Positions 8,801-18,194 of a stretch of 64,000 bases of DNA are shown here, in pieces. Source of the stretch: Thermodesulfobacteriota bacterium (GTDB lineage Bacteria > Desulfobacterota_D > UBA1144 > Nemesobacterales > UBA2774); assembly GCA_965223335.1 (NCBI GenBank), contig OZ244991.1:64001-128000 (forward strand), written 5' to 3'. A program made the position numbers and the translations under genes. How positions within the stretch are numbered: position 1 is the stretch's first letter; each line of letters starts with the position of its first letter. The notes below the pieces were generated by a model that did no database searches, was not told where the DNA came from, and was given only the letters and a program-made list of their open reading frames with translations.

Positions 8801-10975
8801 CTAGTTTTTTGCCAGGGCCCTTAAAAGCTCACGAACCTGCTTCACACCCGGCACATTAAACCGTGCCTTAGACGCCCCGAAACCTACTTTTATGCTAAAC
8901 GCCCTCTCCGGCAAGACCTCGAATATGTCCTCGTCAGTCGCATCATCTCCCACAGCCAATATAAAATCCCACTTCCGCTTACCGACCCAGTACTGTGTGG
9001 CCCTGCCCTTGTTCACCCCGGTGTTCTTTACCTCAATCACTTTATTACCCTCTAGCACCCCTACATTTAGGTTAGATGTAATTTGATGGAGTATATCCTT
9101 TAGCTCCCCTACCCTGACAACTGCCAGCGCCGGGTCTACTTTCCTAAAATGCCAGACCAACGAGAAATCTTTTTCCTCTACGAACGAGCCCGGTGTCCTG
9201 TCCACAAAAATTTCCAAAATCGGCCTTATCTCACTCTTCCATTCATCGGTCAACGTCTCGATTGTACGCCACGATTTCTCCTTTATCCACACCCCGTGTT
9301 CCGCAACCAGCCCGCCTGCGTATTCCCCTACCCACTTGTTTAGGGTCTTTCGGTCCCGCCCGCTTATTATTACAATCCTATTTCCGGTGTCTGCTTTTAG
9401 GGCTTTTAGTATTGCCACGAGTTCGTTGTCCGGTTTTACCCTCTCGGGCTTTTCATTAAACGGCATAAGCGTGCCGTCGTAATCGAGCAAGATTAATCGG
9501 TGTTGTGATTTTCTATACCCCTTTACCAGATCTTTTTTTGCCCTTGTAGTAAGTGATCTGGACACAAGCTGTTTATCGACCTCTTTTACCTGCTTTAGCC
9601 TCTCCATAAAGTCATTGGCCCACCTCCCGACATCATAGCGTCCAAGTCGGCTCCTCATGCTCTGGAGCCTTGTGTTTTGCTCCTGGGGCGCCATCTCTAT
9701 GGCTTGTTTAAGTGCGCCTGCTGTACCTATCTCGTCATTTGGATTGATGATTAAGGCCTCACCAAGCTCCTTAGCCGTACCCGCCATCTCACCCAGTATA
9801 AGCACCCCCCTGCCCTTGGACTTAGATGCTATATACTCCTTGGCTATCAGGTTCATTCCATCCCTTATGGGGGTCAAGAAAAGCACATCCGCGACTGAAT
9901 ACAACGCCACAAGGTCATTGAACTCAAACGAACGATACAAATACCTGATCGGCGCCCACTCCAATGTCCCGTACTTCCCGTTTATCTTGCCGACTAGGTT
10001 ATCAATAGTCTGCTTAAGCACCTTATAGCGCTCTACCTCCACGCGCGAGGGCACTGCAACCAGGATCAAGATCACCTTGCCTATGTACTTAGGGTTCTGT
10101 TTCAGAAACAGGTCGTAAGCCCTAAGCCTCTGCGGTATGCCCTTTGTGTAATCGAGCCTGTCTATAGACAGTATCACCTTGTAGTTTTTGTTAAGCCCTT
10201 TACGCAACTCCCCGACCTTCTCCTTGACCTCGGGTTTTTGCGGGGCGGCCGAGAATCTATCGTAATCTATACCCATAGGGAACGTATCGACTTTAACTGC
10301 ACGGTTACCTACAGTTAACTGCCCAAGTGTATGCTCATACCCCAACACCCTCCTAATGCTCTCTAGAAAGTGCCGGGCATAGTCGAACGTATGAAACCCG
10401 ATCAGGTCCGAACCCACTAGACCCTGTAGAATCTCACCGGACCACGGCATCAGCCGAAATATCTCAGACGAGGGAAAGGGGATATGTAGAAAAAAACCGA
10501 TTTTAGCCCCGGGGAGTTTTTTCCTAAGAAGCATCGGGAGCAGCATTAGTTGGTAATCGTGTATCCAGATCACATCATCTTTGCCGGCTACTTGAATTAT
10601 GGCATCGCAAAATGCTTTGTTTACCCTCACGTAAGCATTCCAAAAACTCTCGTCATATATTGCGTACTGCACAAAGTAATGAAAAAGCGGCCAGAGAGTC
10701 TCGTTACAAAACCCGTGATAATATTCCTCGATATCACGCTCCGTAAGAAAAACTGGGTGGTACCCCATAGGGAGTAGTTTTTTGCGTATAGTTTTAGAAT
10801 CCGCCGAGCCCGAAACAGTAATGCCCGGCCACCCGATCCAAAGCTGTTTCGAAGCTATCTCAAGCGAACTTACCCCTGTGGTCAAGCCCCCTACGCTTCG
10901 CTCAAAGCTGAATTTGCCTTTATTTTTTGCGACAGTTACAGGTAGTCTATTCGATACTATCAGTAGCTTTTTCAT
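8801..10975 (-). CDS. Fused trehalose-6-phosphate synthase/phosphatase (OtsA-OtsB); start reassigned to ATG 10975
   Basis: GT20 motifs 'VSNRLP', 'WIHDYQL', 'FFLHIPFP', 'DRLDYTKGI', 'RDGMNL'; HAD domain 'LDYDGTL', 'ISGR', 'GDDATDED'. Confidence 0.93.
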   Translation of the reverse strand: MKKLLIVSNRLPVTVAKNKGKFSFERSVGGLTTGVSSLEIASKQLWIGWPGITVSGSADSKTIRKKLLPMGYHPVFLTERDIEEYYHGFCNETLWPLFHYFVQYAIYDESFWNAYVRVNKAFCDAIIQVAGKDDVIWIHDYQLMLLPMLLRKKLPGAKIGFFLHIPFPSSEIFRLMPWSGEILQGLVGSDLIGFHTFDYARHFLESIRRVLGYEHTLGQLTVGNRAVKVDTFPMGIDYDRFSAAPQKPEVKEKVGELRKGLNKNYKVILSIDRLDYTKGIPQRLRAYDLFLKQNPKYIGKVILILVAVPSRVEVERYKVLKQTIDNLVGKINGKYGTLEWAPIRYLYRSFEFNDLVALYSVADVLFLTPIRDGMNLIAKEYIASKSKGRGVLILGEMAGTAKELGEALIINPNDEIGTAGALKQAIEMAPQEQNTRLQSMRSRLGRYDVGRWANDFMERLKQVKEVDKQLVSRSLTTRAKKDLVKGYRKSQHRLILLDYDGTLMPFNEKPERVKPDNELVAILKALKADTGNRIVIISGRDRKTLNKWVGEYAGGLVAEHGVWIKEKSWRTIETLTDEWKSEIRPILEIFVDRTPGSFVEEKDFSLVWHFRKVDPALAVVRVGELKDILHQITSNLNVGVLEGNKVIEVKNTGVNKGRATQYWVGKRKWDFILAVGDDATDEDIFEVLPERAFSIKVGFGASKARFNVPGVKQVRELLRALAKN

Positions 10976-11044
10976 CGGTATATATTCTATACAATATATC
11001 CAGTGTATCGAAATATTGCAGAGCCCCTTTATCCCCAACCGATA

Positions 11045-11072
11045 TTGACATACGATTTAGAAACCATATTAT
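11045..11072 (+). promoter_or_regulatory. Candidate sigma70 promoter for the leader ORF-cusCBA transcript
   Basis: TTGACA (11045-11050), 16-nt spacer, TATTAT (11067-11072). Confidence 0.5.
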
Positions 11073-11088
11073 TAGTTACAGGTGAGTT

Positions 11089-11487
11089 ATGAGAGCCATT
11101 TACTATCTATTGACAATAAGTGTGTTTATATGCTACTCGGGCATAACCGGTGTCACGTTTGCACCCGACGAGGTTAAAAGCAAAGCCTCCGGGGGTTGTC
11201 ATTCTGGTATGCAGGTGGTCATTTCCGGCTCTGATACTGATGGCAACAACGACAAACTTGTCGGTAATCCTACTTTCCAGCACAGTACCGACAGTTGTTG
11301 TTTAAGCCTTATTGTTAATAAGCAAAGTGATCAGGACTTAACGAATAAGAGCCCGGTTAGCTCAATAAATTTTGATGCATTTAGTTCGATCCATTTTTTA
11401 AATAGATCACATACGATAGATCATCTATTGTTAAACGATCACGACCCGCCTGATTTAATCGTTTTAAAATCTTCTTTTCTTATCTGA
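11089..11487 (+). CDS. Hypothetical signal/TM-anchored protein with CH, CC and HDPP motifs; candidate leader ORF of the cus operon
   Basis: N-terminal hydrophobic helix, 'GCH', 'SCC', C-terminal 'HDPPDLIVLKSSFLI'; first gene before the RND operon. Confidence 0.65.
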   Translation: MRAIYYLLTISVFICYSGITGVTFAPDEVKSKASGGCHSGMQVVISGSDTDGNNDKLVGNPTFQHSTDSCCLSLIVNKQSDQDLTNKSPVSSINFDAFSSIHFLNRSHTIDHLLLNDHDPPDLIVLKSSFLI

Positions 11488-11614
11488 TTTATCTTCACAC
11501 ATACAATTTTTTTTGATTATGTAAACCCGGGACCGTTGCGTCCTAAAACTACATAATTGCAATTGCTGGGCTTTAGCAATGGCAAGAATTTTTTAACGAG
11601 ATTAAAGGGAGATA

Positions 11615-12922
11615 ATGATGAAAGTACTATTAACAATTGCAGCATTAATGCTCTGTTATGCACCCGAGGTGTTAGCAGGGGATATTGAGACCTTGGACTC
11701 CATGATCATTGAGGCCATGGGAAATAACCCCGAGATCAGGTTAGCCAACCTAAACACTCAATCGGCAGAAAAGTTTGCTATCCAAGAGGGTGCATTGCCA
11801 AACCCAATTGTGGGTGGGCGAATTAAAAACGTGGGTTTCTCGGAAATTACCATCGGTGATGACCCCAGATCGGACTGGCAACTATTTCTACGACAGGAAA
11901 TCCCGTTCCCCGGCAAGCTGAGGTTAAAGCAGGATGCAGCCCAAGAGATGGCCGAGACAAAAAGATGGAACGAAGAAGTCGTAAAACAGGAACTCATCTC
12001 TAACCTAAGACAAACATACTATGATTGGTACTTTGTGAGCAAAGCCATAGAGATCACAGAGCGAAATAAAAAGCTGCTCGAGAATTTCCTCGACGTCACT
12101 GTATCTAGGTATGAGGTCGGTATGGGTATCCAGCAAGACGTAATTAAAGCCCAGGTCGAGATATCGGGATTTATAGAAAAACTGCTTTTGCTCAACAACA
12201 AAAAAAATGTCACGGAGAGCAGATTAAGAGACCTCCTTCACCGCGGACCCGACACCCGGTTCGGGAGCCCAGAAGACATTGGCATAGCCGACTTAAACCT
12301 CACGGCAGCAAACCTCACCGATCAGGCCCGTGATTCGTCCCCTACTCTGAAATCAATTTCCAAGAAGATTGAGAGTAAACAGAGATCACTCGACCTCGCC
12401 AAAAAACAGTACTATCCCGACATTCTCTTAGAGGGCACATATTTCAACCGCGACGGTGGAAGCAATGACTTAGACGACATTTGGCAGATCGGGGTCGGAC
12501 TCAGAGTGCCTGCATACTTCTGGAAACGAGAACGCCCAGGGGTAGAGCGCGCATCAATTGAGCTTAGTGGTGCAAAAAACGATTTTGCCGATGTTGAGAG
12601 TAATGTTATTTACCAAGTTGAAAACAACTACCTTAACGCCGACACAGCTCTACAGGTGATCAAGCTTTACAAGAGCGCCATCATACCCCAGTCGCGCCTA
12701 TCGCTCGAGTCCTCTATCTCTGCATACCAAGTGGGCGATATAGACTTCTTAACACTGCTAGACAGCCTAATAACCCTCTTTAATCTCGAGATTGAGTATG
12801 AAAAACAGCTAACGGAATACAACAAATCCATAGCACGGATCGAGGCTATAACCGGTGTAGCAATCACCGATAGCCCCCAGGCAATGGACAGTAGTAACAA
12901 CGAGGAGAATAATAATGAGTAA
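11615..12922 (+). CDS. TolC-family outer membrane efflux protein (CusC-like)
   Basis: Signal peptide, 'NNPEI', 'QEIPFPGKL', 'YYPD' OEP repeats; directly upstream of the adaptor and RND genes. Confidence 0.88.
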   Translation: MMKVLLTIAALMLCYAPEVLAGDIETLDSMIIEAMGNNPEIRLANLNTQSAEKFAIQEGALPNPIVGGRIKNVGFSEITIGDDPRSDWQLFLRQEIPFPGKLRLKQDAAQEMAETKRWNEEVVKQELISNLRQTYYDWYFVSKAIEITERNKKLLENFLDVTVSRYEVGMGIQQDVIKAQVEISGFIEKLLLLNNKKNVTESRLRDLLHRGPDTRFGSPEDIGIADLNLTAANLTDQARDSSPTLKSISKKIESKQRSLDLAKKQYYPDILLEGTYFNRDGGSNDLDDIWQIGVGLRVPAYFWKRERPGVERASIELSGAKNDFADVESNVIYQVENNYLNADTALQVIKLYKSAIIPQSRLSLESSISAYQVGDIDFLTLLDSLITLFNLEIEYEKQLTEYNKSIARIEAITGVAITDSPQAMDSSNNEENNNE

Positions 12923-14336
12923 CAGATACAAAATACTGATCTCGGTAGTGGCATTGGCCCTACTCTCAATCCTATTGCTTAATATGCTGGGATATAAAAT
13001 ACCTCTTATTAATGGGAAGGAAAAAGCTTCGGATCACTCCGGCCACCTCCCCAAACCTATCTTTGATGCCGAGGGAGAGATTGAGTACTGGACCTGTGCC
13101 ATGCACCCCTCGGTCAGGCTACCCGATAAAGACAACTGTCCCATTTGCGGGATGGACACGGTCCCGGTTATGAAAAAGAGCAGCAATGACTCCAAAGCGG
13201 CCCAAACAAAAAATCAGCATGATCACTCCACTATGCAGCCCCAAAAAACCAACGGCTCCGATTCCGTGTTTAATGTAAGCCCCGAACGCCAGCAGCTAAT
13301 AGGTGTTAAAACCTCACCCGTAGAGATGCGCAACCTAGAAAAGATAATTAGGACGACCGGTAAAGTAGAGCTGGACGAAACGCGAATAGAGCACGTTCAC
13401 ACAAAGATAAGCGGGTGGATAGACAATGTTTTTGTTGACTACAAGTGGCAGTATGTAAACAAGGGTGAGCCGCTTTTCTCCATATACAGCCCAGAGCTCC
13501 TGTCCACACAAGAGGAATACCTACTGGCACTAAGATCCAAAGACATTCTTAGCCAAAGCGAATTCCCCGAGGTCTCGAGCGGTGCAAACTCCATGCTCGA
13601 AGCCGCCAAGAGACGACTTAGGCTCTGGGATATTTCCAACAGCCAAATACGCGAGCTCGAGCGCACGGGCAAAGTGAAAAAAAGCCTTGTAATTCACTCG
13701 CCGATCTCAGGGAACATAGTCGAGCGCAACGCCTTCCCCAATATGTACGTTGAGCCCAACACAAGTATCTATACCATTGCCGACCACTCCTCGGTCTGGG
13801 TAAACGTAGATATATACGAGAACGAGATCCACCTTATCAACAAAGGGGATAAGGCTAAGATGACGCTCGATGCACTGCCGGGCGAGACACTCACAGGGAC
13901 CGTTGAGTTCATATGGCCCCACCTAGACCCGGTCTCTAGAACAATTAAGGTGCGTCTAGAGTTCCCTAATCCCGACACCAAACTCCTGCCCGAGATGTAC
14001 ACAAACATTGAGATCGATATCCCTCTTGGCACCCAACTCTCAGTACCCAAAAGCTCGGTGCTAAGGACCGGTGCCAAGGACATAGTGTTTGTAGACAAGG
14101 GCAACGGTAACATCGAGATAAGGAAAATCATGATCGGCAGAGCCGCAGGTGGATACTATGAGGTAACAGGCGGGTTAAGCGAGGGAGAGCGTGTCATATC
14201 CAGGGCCAATTTCTTAATCGACTCCGAGAGCAAGGTACAGGCCGCAGTCGCTGCATGGAAAGAAGAATCCAACGAAGAAATGCAGATGGAGCAGGACACA
14301 GCCGACAAGTTACCCGATCACAGTCATATACACTAA
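12915..14336 (+). CDS. cusB: CusB-like RND periplasmic adaptor with N-terminal heavy-metal-binding domain
   Basis: 'YWTCAMHP....DNCPICGMD', 'IYSPELLSTQEEYL', 'LLPEMY', 'FLIDSES'; His-rich segments. Confidence 0.85.
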   Translation: MSNRYKILISVVALALLSILLLNMLGYKIPLINGKEKASDHSGHLPKPIFDAEGEIEYWTCAMHPSVRLPDKDNCPICGMDTVPVMKKSSNDSKAAQTKNQHDHSTMQPQKTNGSDSVFNVSPERQQLIGVKTSPVEMRNLEKIIRTTGKVELDETRIEHVHTKISGWIDNVFVDYKWQYVNKGEPLFSIYSPELLSTQEEYLLALRSKDILSQSEFPEVSSGANSMLEAAKRRLRLWDISNSQIRELERTGKVKKSLVIHSPISGNIVERNAFPNMYVEPNTSIYTIADHSSVWVNVDIYENEIHLINKGDKAKMTLDALPGETLTGTVEFIWPHLDPVSRTIKVRLEFPNPDTKLLPEMYTNIEIDIPLGTQLSVPKSSVLRTGAKDIVFVDKGNGNIEIRKIMIGRAAGGYYEVTGGLSEGERVISRANFLIDSESKVQAAVAAWKEESNEEMQMEQDTADKLPDHSHIH

Positions 14337-14381
14337 TTAGCCTCAGACAACCATTATTAATGGGGACTAAAGGAGAGTTTG

Positions 14382-17300
14382 ATGTTAAATAACATAATTG
14401 AGTTTTCCTCAAAAAATAAATTCCTAATAATTTTCCTCGTATGCTTTCTATCCGCATGGGGATTTTGGTCAATGAAACGCACCTCGCTCGATGCAATCCC
14501 AGATTTGTCCGACATCCAGGTCATAGTGCTTACGGAATGGGAGGGCAGGAGCCCGGACCTGGTAGAGGACCAGGTCACATACCCTATAGTCACCTCGATG
14601 ATTGCCGCACCCAACGTCAAGTCGGTAAGGGGTCAGTCTTTTTTCGGACTCTCCTTTGTGTATGTGATATTCGAGGACGGCACAGATATCTACTGGGCGC
14701 GTAGCAGGGTGCTTGAGTACCTAAACGAGGTTACATCCAAGCTGCCACCGGATGTGGTACCCACGCTTGGACCCGACGCCACCGGTGTGGGTTGGGTTTA
14801 CCAGTACGCACTAGTGGACAAAACGGGGAACCTCGACCTGGCTGAGCTCAGGTCATTCCAGGATTGGTACCTGAAATATTGGTTAGAATCAGTGCCTGGA
14901 GTCGCCGAGGTAGCAAGTGTAGGTGGTTTTGAAAAACAGTACCAGATTACTGTGGATCCCAACAGGTTACAGGCCTTTGGACTCTCCGTAGACGATGTGA
15001 TCAGTGCTGTAAGGAGAAGCAACAACGACGTCGGGGGCAGGGTAATAGAGTTTGCGGCCACGGAGTACTTCGTGCGCGGACGGGGCTATATCAAGTCAAT
15101 CGCAGATATCGAGGTTATACCTGTTGGCAAGAGCAGTAGCGGCACCCCTATATATATTAGGGATCTGGCAGATGTGGAGCTTGGGCCTGACCTACGGCGG
15201 GGACTCGCTGAGCTGGATGGTGAGGGCGAGACAGTCGGGGGGATAGTTGTAATGAGATACGGCGAGAATGCACTCGATGTCATCCAGAGGGTAAAGCAGA
15301 AGATCGAGGATATTAAACCATCACTTCCTCAAGGTGTGGAGATTGTTACGACCTATGACCGCTCGGGCCTCATTCTAAACGCTATAGACACACTCAAACA
15401 AAAACTCCTGGAAGAGATCTTGATAGTGTGTGCTGTGATAATGATTTTTCTATATAGTTTTAGGAGTGCTGTGCCCCCGATACTCACCATCCCTCTGGCA
15501 ATCCTCTTTGCGTTCATACCCATTTACTATCTCAATATGACTTCCAATATCATGTCCCTTGGCGGTATAGCTATCGCAATAGGTGCGATGGTAGATGCAT
15601 CCATTGTGCTTGTCGAGAACGTCCATAAAAAGCTTGAGTCGATAAACACAAGAACACGCAAACCAGCTCTCATGCTGGAGGCCATGCAAGAGGTGGGTAA
15701 ACCCATATTCTTTGCACTTTTAATAATTGCAGTCTCGCTTATTCCCGTATTTACACTCGAGGGCCAAGAGGGACGACTATTCAAACCCCTGGCCTTCACC
15801 ACCATGTTTTCACTCACAGCCGCAGCACTACTCGCAATTACTGTCACTCCTGCCTTAATAGTCCTGCTCATTAGGGGCAATGTACGGCCAGAGGACTCAA
15901 ACCCCATAAGCCGTTTTCTCATATCTGTCTATCACCCCATAGTTGAACTCGCGCTTAAGTATAAAAAAATCGTTCTCATTGCCGCCGGGGTCTGTATGCT
16001 CATCACATTCATTCCTCTAAACCGGCTGGGCTCTGAATTTATGCCGCCGCTTAACGAAGAGACTATCCTATATATGCCCACAGCCGTACCCGGCATGTCT
16101 GTTACAGAGGCCGCCCGCATCTTGCACCTACAAGACAAAATGATCATGAAGTTCCCCGAGGTCGAGCGTGTGTTTGGAAAAATAGGCCGTTCGGAATCCG
16201 CCACCGACCCCGCCCCACTGAGCATGGTAGAAACCGTCATCACTCTCAAGCCCAAATCCCAGTGGCGCGCAGGGATGACCTGGGACAAACTGATCGAAGA
16301 GATGAACGAGAGTCTCAAATTCCCCGGGATGTCCAACATATTTTGGATGCCCATCCAGACCCGCACAGAGATGCTCTCGACCGGGTTTAGGAGCAACCTG
16401 GGCATAAAGGTGTTTGGTCCCAATCTAGACAAGATAGAGGAGATAGGGCTTCGGATAGAGAAACTGCTATCCGAGCTACCCGGTACCAGGACTGTGTTTG
16501 CAGAGAGAGTAACTGGCGGGTACTTCCTTGACTTCGATATCAAAAGACAGAGCGCAGCAAAGTACGGCCTCACAGTGGGGGACGTAGAAGACGTAATAGA
16601 AACGGCGATCGGGGGTAAAAATATATCCTCAACATTCGAGGGCCAAGAGCGCTATCCCATAAACGTTAGGTATAAGCGTGATCTCAGAACCGACCTCGAG
16701 AGTCTACGCAGGGTGCTTGTAAGCACAAAAGACGGTGCGCAAATCCCGATCTCTTTGGTCTCGGATATCAATTTCTCCACAGGTCCCCCGCAGATCAGGA
16801 ACGAAAACGGCCAAAAAGTAGGCTATGTGTTTGTGGATGTTAAAGACAAAGACTACGAGGGCTATGTAGATGAAGCCAGAGAGCTCATAGCAAATAATCT
16901 CGAGCTTGAACCGGGCTATTTTTTGGAATGGGGCGGGCAGTACCAGTATCTTCAGCGAGTTAAAGAAAAATTAAAATTAGTCATACCTATTACGCTTGGG
17001 ATAATATTCTTGCTCCTGTTCCTAAACTTCAGGTCAGTGACCGAGAGTATTATAGTACTCCTTTCTGTCCCCTTTGCCATGGTCGGCAGTATTTGGTTCA
17101 TATATATCCTGGGCTATAACATGAGCGTTGCGGTGTGGGTGGGAATGATAGCGCTTGCCGGCCTTGCGGCCCAGACAGGGGTCATAATGATCATATACCT
17201 GGATGAAGCGTATAAAAAGAGATTTAAGGCAAATGAGATAAGGTCGGAAAGCGACGTATACGAGTCGGTGATCGAGGGCGCGGTAAAAAGGGTCCGCCCC

Positions 17301-17495
17301 AAGATGATGACTGTTATGTCCACTATACTCGGGCTCTTGCCCCTTATGTGGAGCAGCGGTACGGGGGCCGACATGATGAAGCGGGTAGCAGCACCAATGG
17401 TCGGGGGCCTGGTTACATCTACGATCTTAACGCTCATTATAATCCCGGTGATCTACATGATATGGAAAACTAGATATCTGGGGGAGAATACGTAA
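14382..17495 (+). CDS. cusA: CusA-family Cu(I)/Ag(I) RND efflux transporter
   Basis: 'DAIPDLSDIQVIV', 'GPDATGVGWVYQY', 'GAMVDA', Met-triad contexts 'LYMP', 'LSMVET', 'WMPI', and 'RVRPKMMT'. Confidence 0.93.
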   Translation: MLNNIIEFSSKNKFLIIFLVCFLSAWGFWSMKRTSLDAIPDLSDIQVIVLTEWEGRSPDLVEDQVTYPIVTSMIAAPNVKSVRGQSFFGLSFVYVIFEDGTDIYWARSRVLEYLNEVTSKLPPDVVPTLGPDATGVGWVYQYALVDKTGNLDLAELRSFQDWYLKYWLESVPGVAEVASVGGFEKQYQITVDPNRLQAFGLSVDDVISAVRRSNNDVGGRVIEFAATEYFVRGRGYIKSIADIEVIPVGKSSSGTPIYIRDLADVELGPDLRRGLAELDGEGETVGGIVVMRYGENALDVIQRVKQKIEDIKPSLPQGVEIVTTYDRSGLILNAIDTLKQKLLEEILIVCAVIMIFLYSFRSAVPPILTIPLAILFAFIPIYYLNMTSNIMSLGGIAIAIGAMVDASIVLVENVHKKLESINTRTRKPALMLEAMQEVGKPIFFALLIIAVSLIPVFTLEGQEGRLFKPLAFTTMFSLTAAALLAITVTPALIVLLIRGNVRPEDSNPISRFLISVYHPIVELALKYKKIVLIAAGVCMLITFIPLNRLGSEFMPPLNEETILYMPTAVPGMSVTEAARILHLQDKMIMKFPEVERVFGKIGRSESATDPAPLSMVETVITLKPKSQWRAGMTWDKLIEEMNESLKFPGMSNIFWMPIQTRTEMLSTGFRSNLGIKVFGPNLDKIEEIGLRIEKLLSELPGTRTVFAERVTGGYFLDFDIKRQSAAKYGLTVGDVEDVIETAIGGKNISSTFEGQERYPINVRYKRDLRTDLESLRRVLVSTKDGAQIPISLVSDINFSTGPPQIRNENGQKVGYVFVDVKDKDYEGYVDEARELIANNLELEPGYFLEWGGQYQYLQRVKEKLKLVIPITLGIIFLLLFLNFRSVTESIIVLLSVPFAMVGSIWFIYILGYNMSVAVWVGMIALAGLAAQTGVIMIIYLDEAYKKRFKANEIRSESDVYESVIEGAVKRVRPKMMTVMSTILGLLPLMWSSGTGADMMKRVAAPMVGGLVTSTILTLIIIPVIYMIWKTRYLGENT

Positions 17496-17550
17496 TAATT
17501 GTTTTTAACGGGCATGGTTCAGGGTATAAAAAAGATAAGAGGAGAGCAAC

Positions 17551-18147
17551 ATGGGTTTTATAAAAACTCTAATTTTTCTTTTGCTGGTAATAGCACTCGC
17601 AGGATTCGCATATATATATTCGGGCTCATACAATATAGCAGCCACGGCACCCCATAGTCCCATAGCCGAGTGGATTTTCAAAACCATAAAGAACCACTCA
17701 ATTAAAAAACACGCGGAAGGAATAGAGAGACCACGACTTAATGACGAAGCCATGGTGCGCGACGGTTTTGTGCATTACGAGCAGATGTGTGCAGGGTGCC
17801 ACGGAGCCCCCGGCAAAGACCCAGCCCAGGGTTTTAACCCCTCCCCTCCCGAACTCTCGGACGAGGCCGAAGAAATGAGCTCGGCTGAACTGTTCTGGAT
17901 AATCAAAAACGGCATAAAGATGACGGGGATGCCTGCATACGGCCCCTCACACTCGGACGATGAGCTCTGGACCATAGTGGCATTCCTAAAAACCCTGCCC
18001 GACCTGGGTGAAGAAGGCTACAGCGATATGATCGATACATATGGGGATACCAAGATTGAACACGACCATGATCATAGTACTGAAACTGAAAACAGCGAGA
18101 CTGAGAACAACGTCGACACAGAATCACCTTCAGAGACGCAACTCTAA
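17551..18147 (+). CDS. Membrane-anchored monoheme cytochrome c
   Basis: CAGCH heme motif, 'FWIIKNGIKMTGMPAY', N-terminal TM helix, HDHDH plus acidic tail. Confidence 0.88.
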   Translation: MGFIKTLIFLLLVIALAGFAYIYSGSYNIAATAPHSPIAEWIFKTIKNHSIKKHAEGIERPRLNDEAMVRDGFVHYEQMCAGCHGAPGKDPAQGFNPSPPELSDEAEEMSSAELFWIIKNGIKMTGMPAYGPSHSDDELWTIVAFLKTLPDLGEEGYSDMIDTYGDTKIEHDHDHSTETENSETENNVDTESPSETQL

Positions 18148-18194
18148 TTTCATTAAACAAGTTAATGTAGGTTTGAAAAATACAAGTCAGCAAA

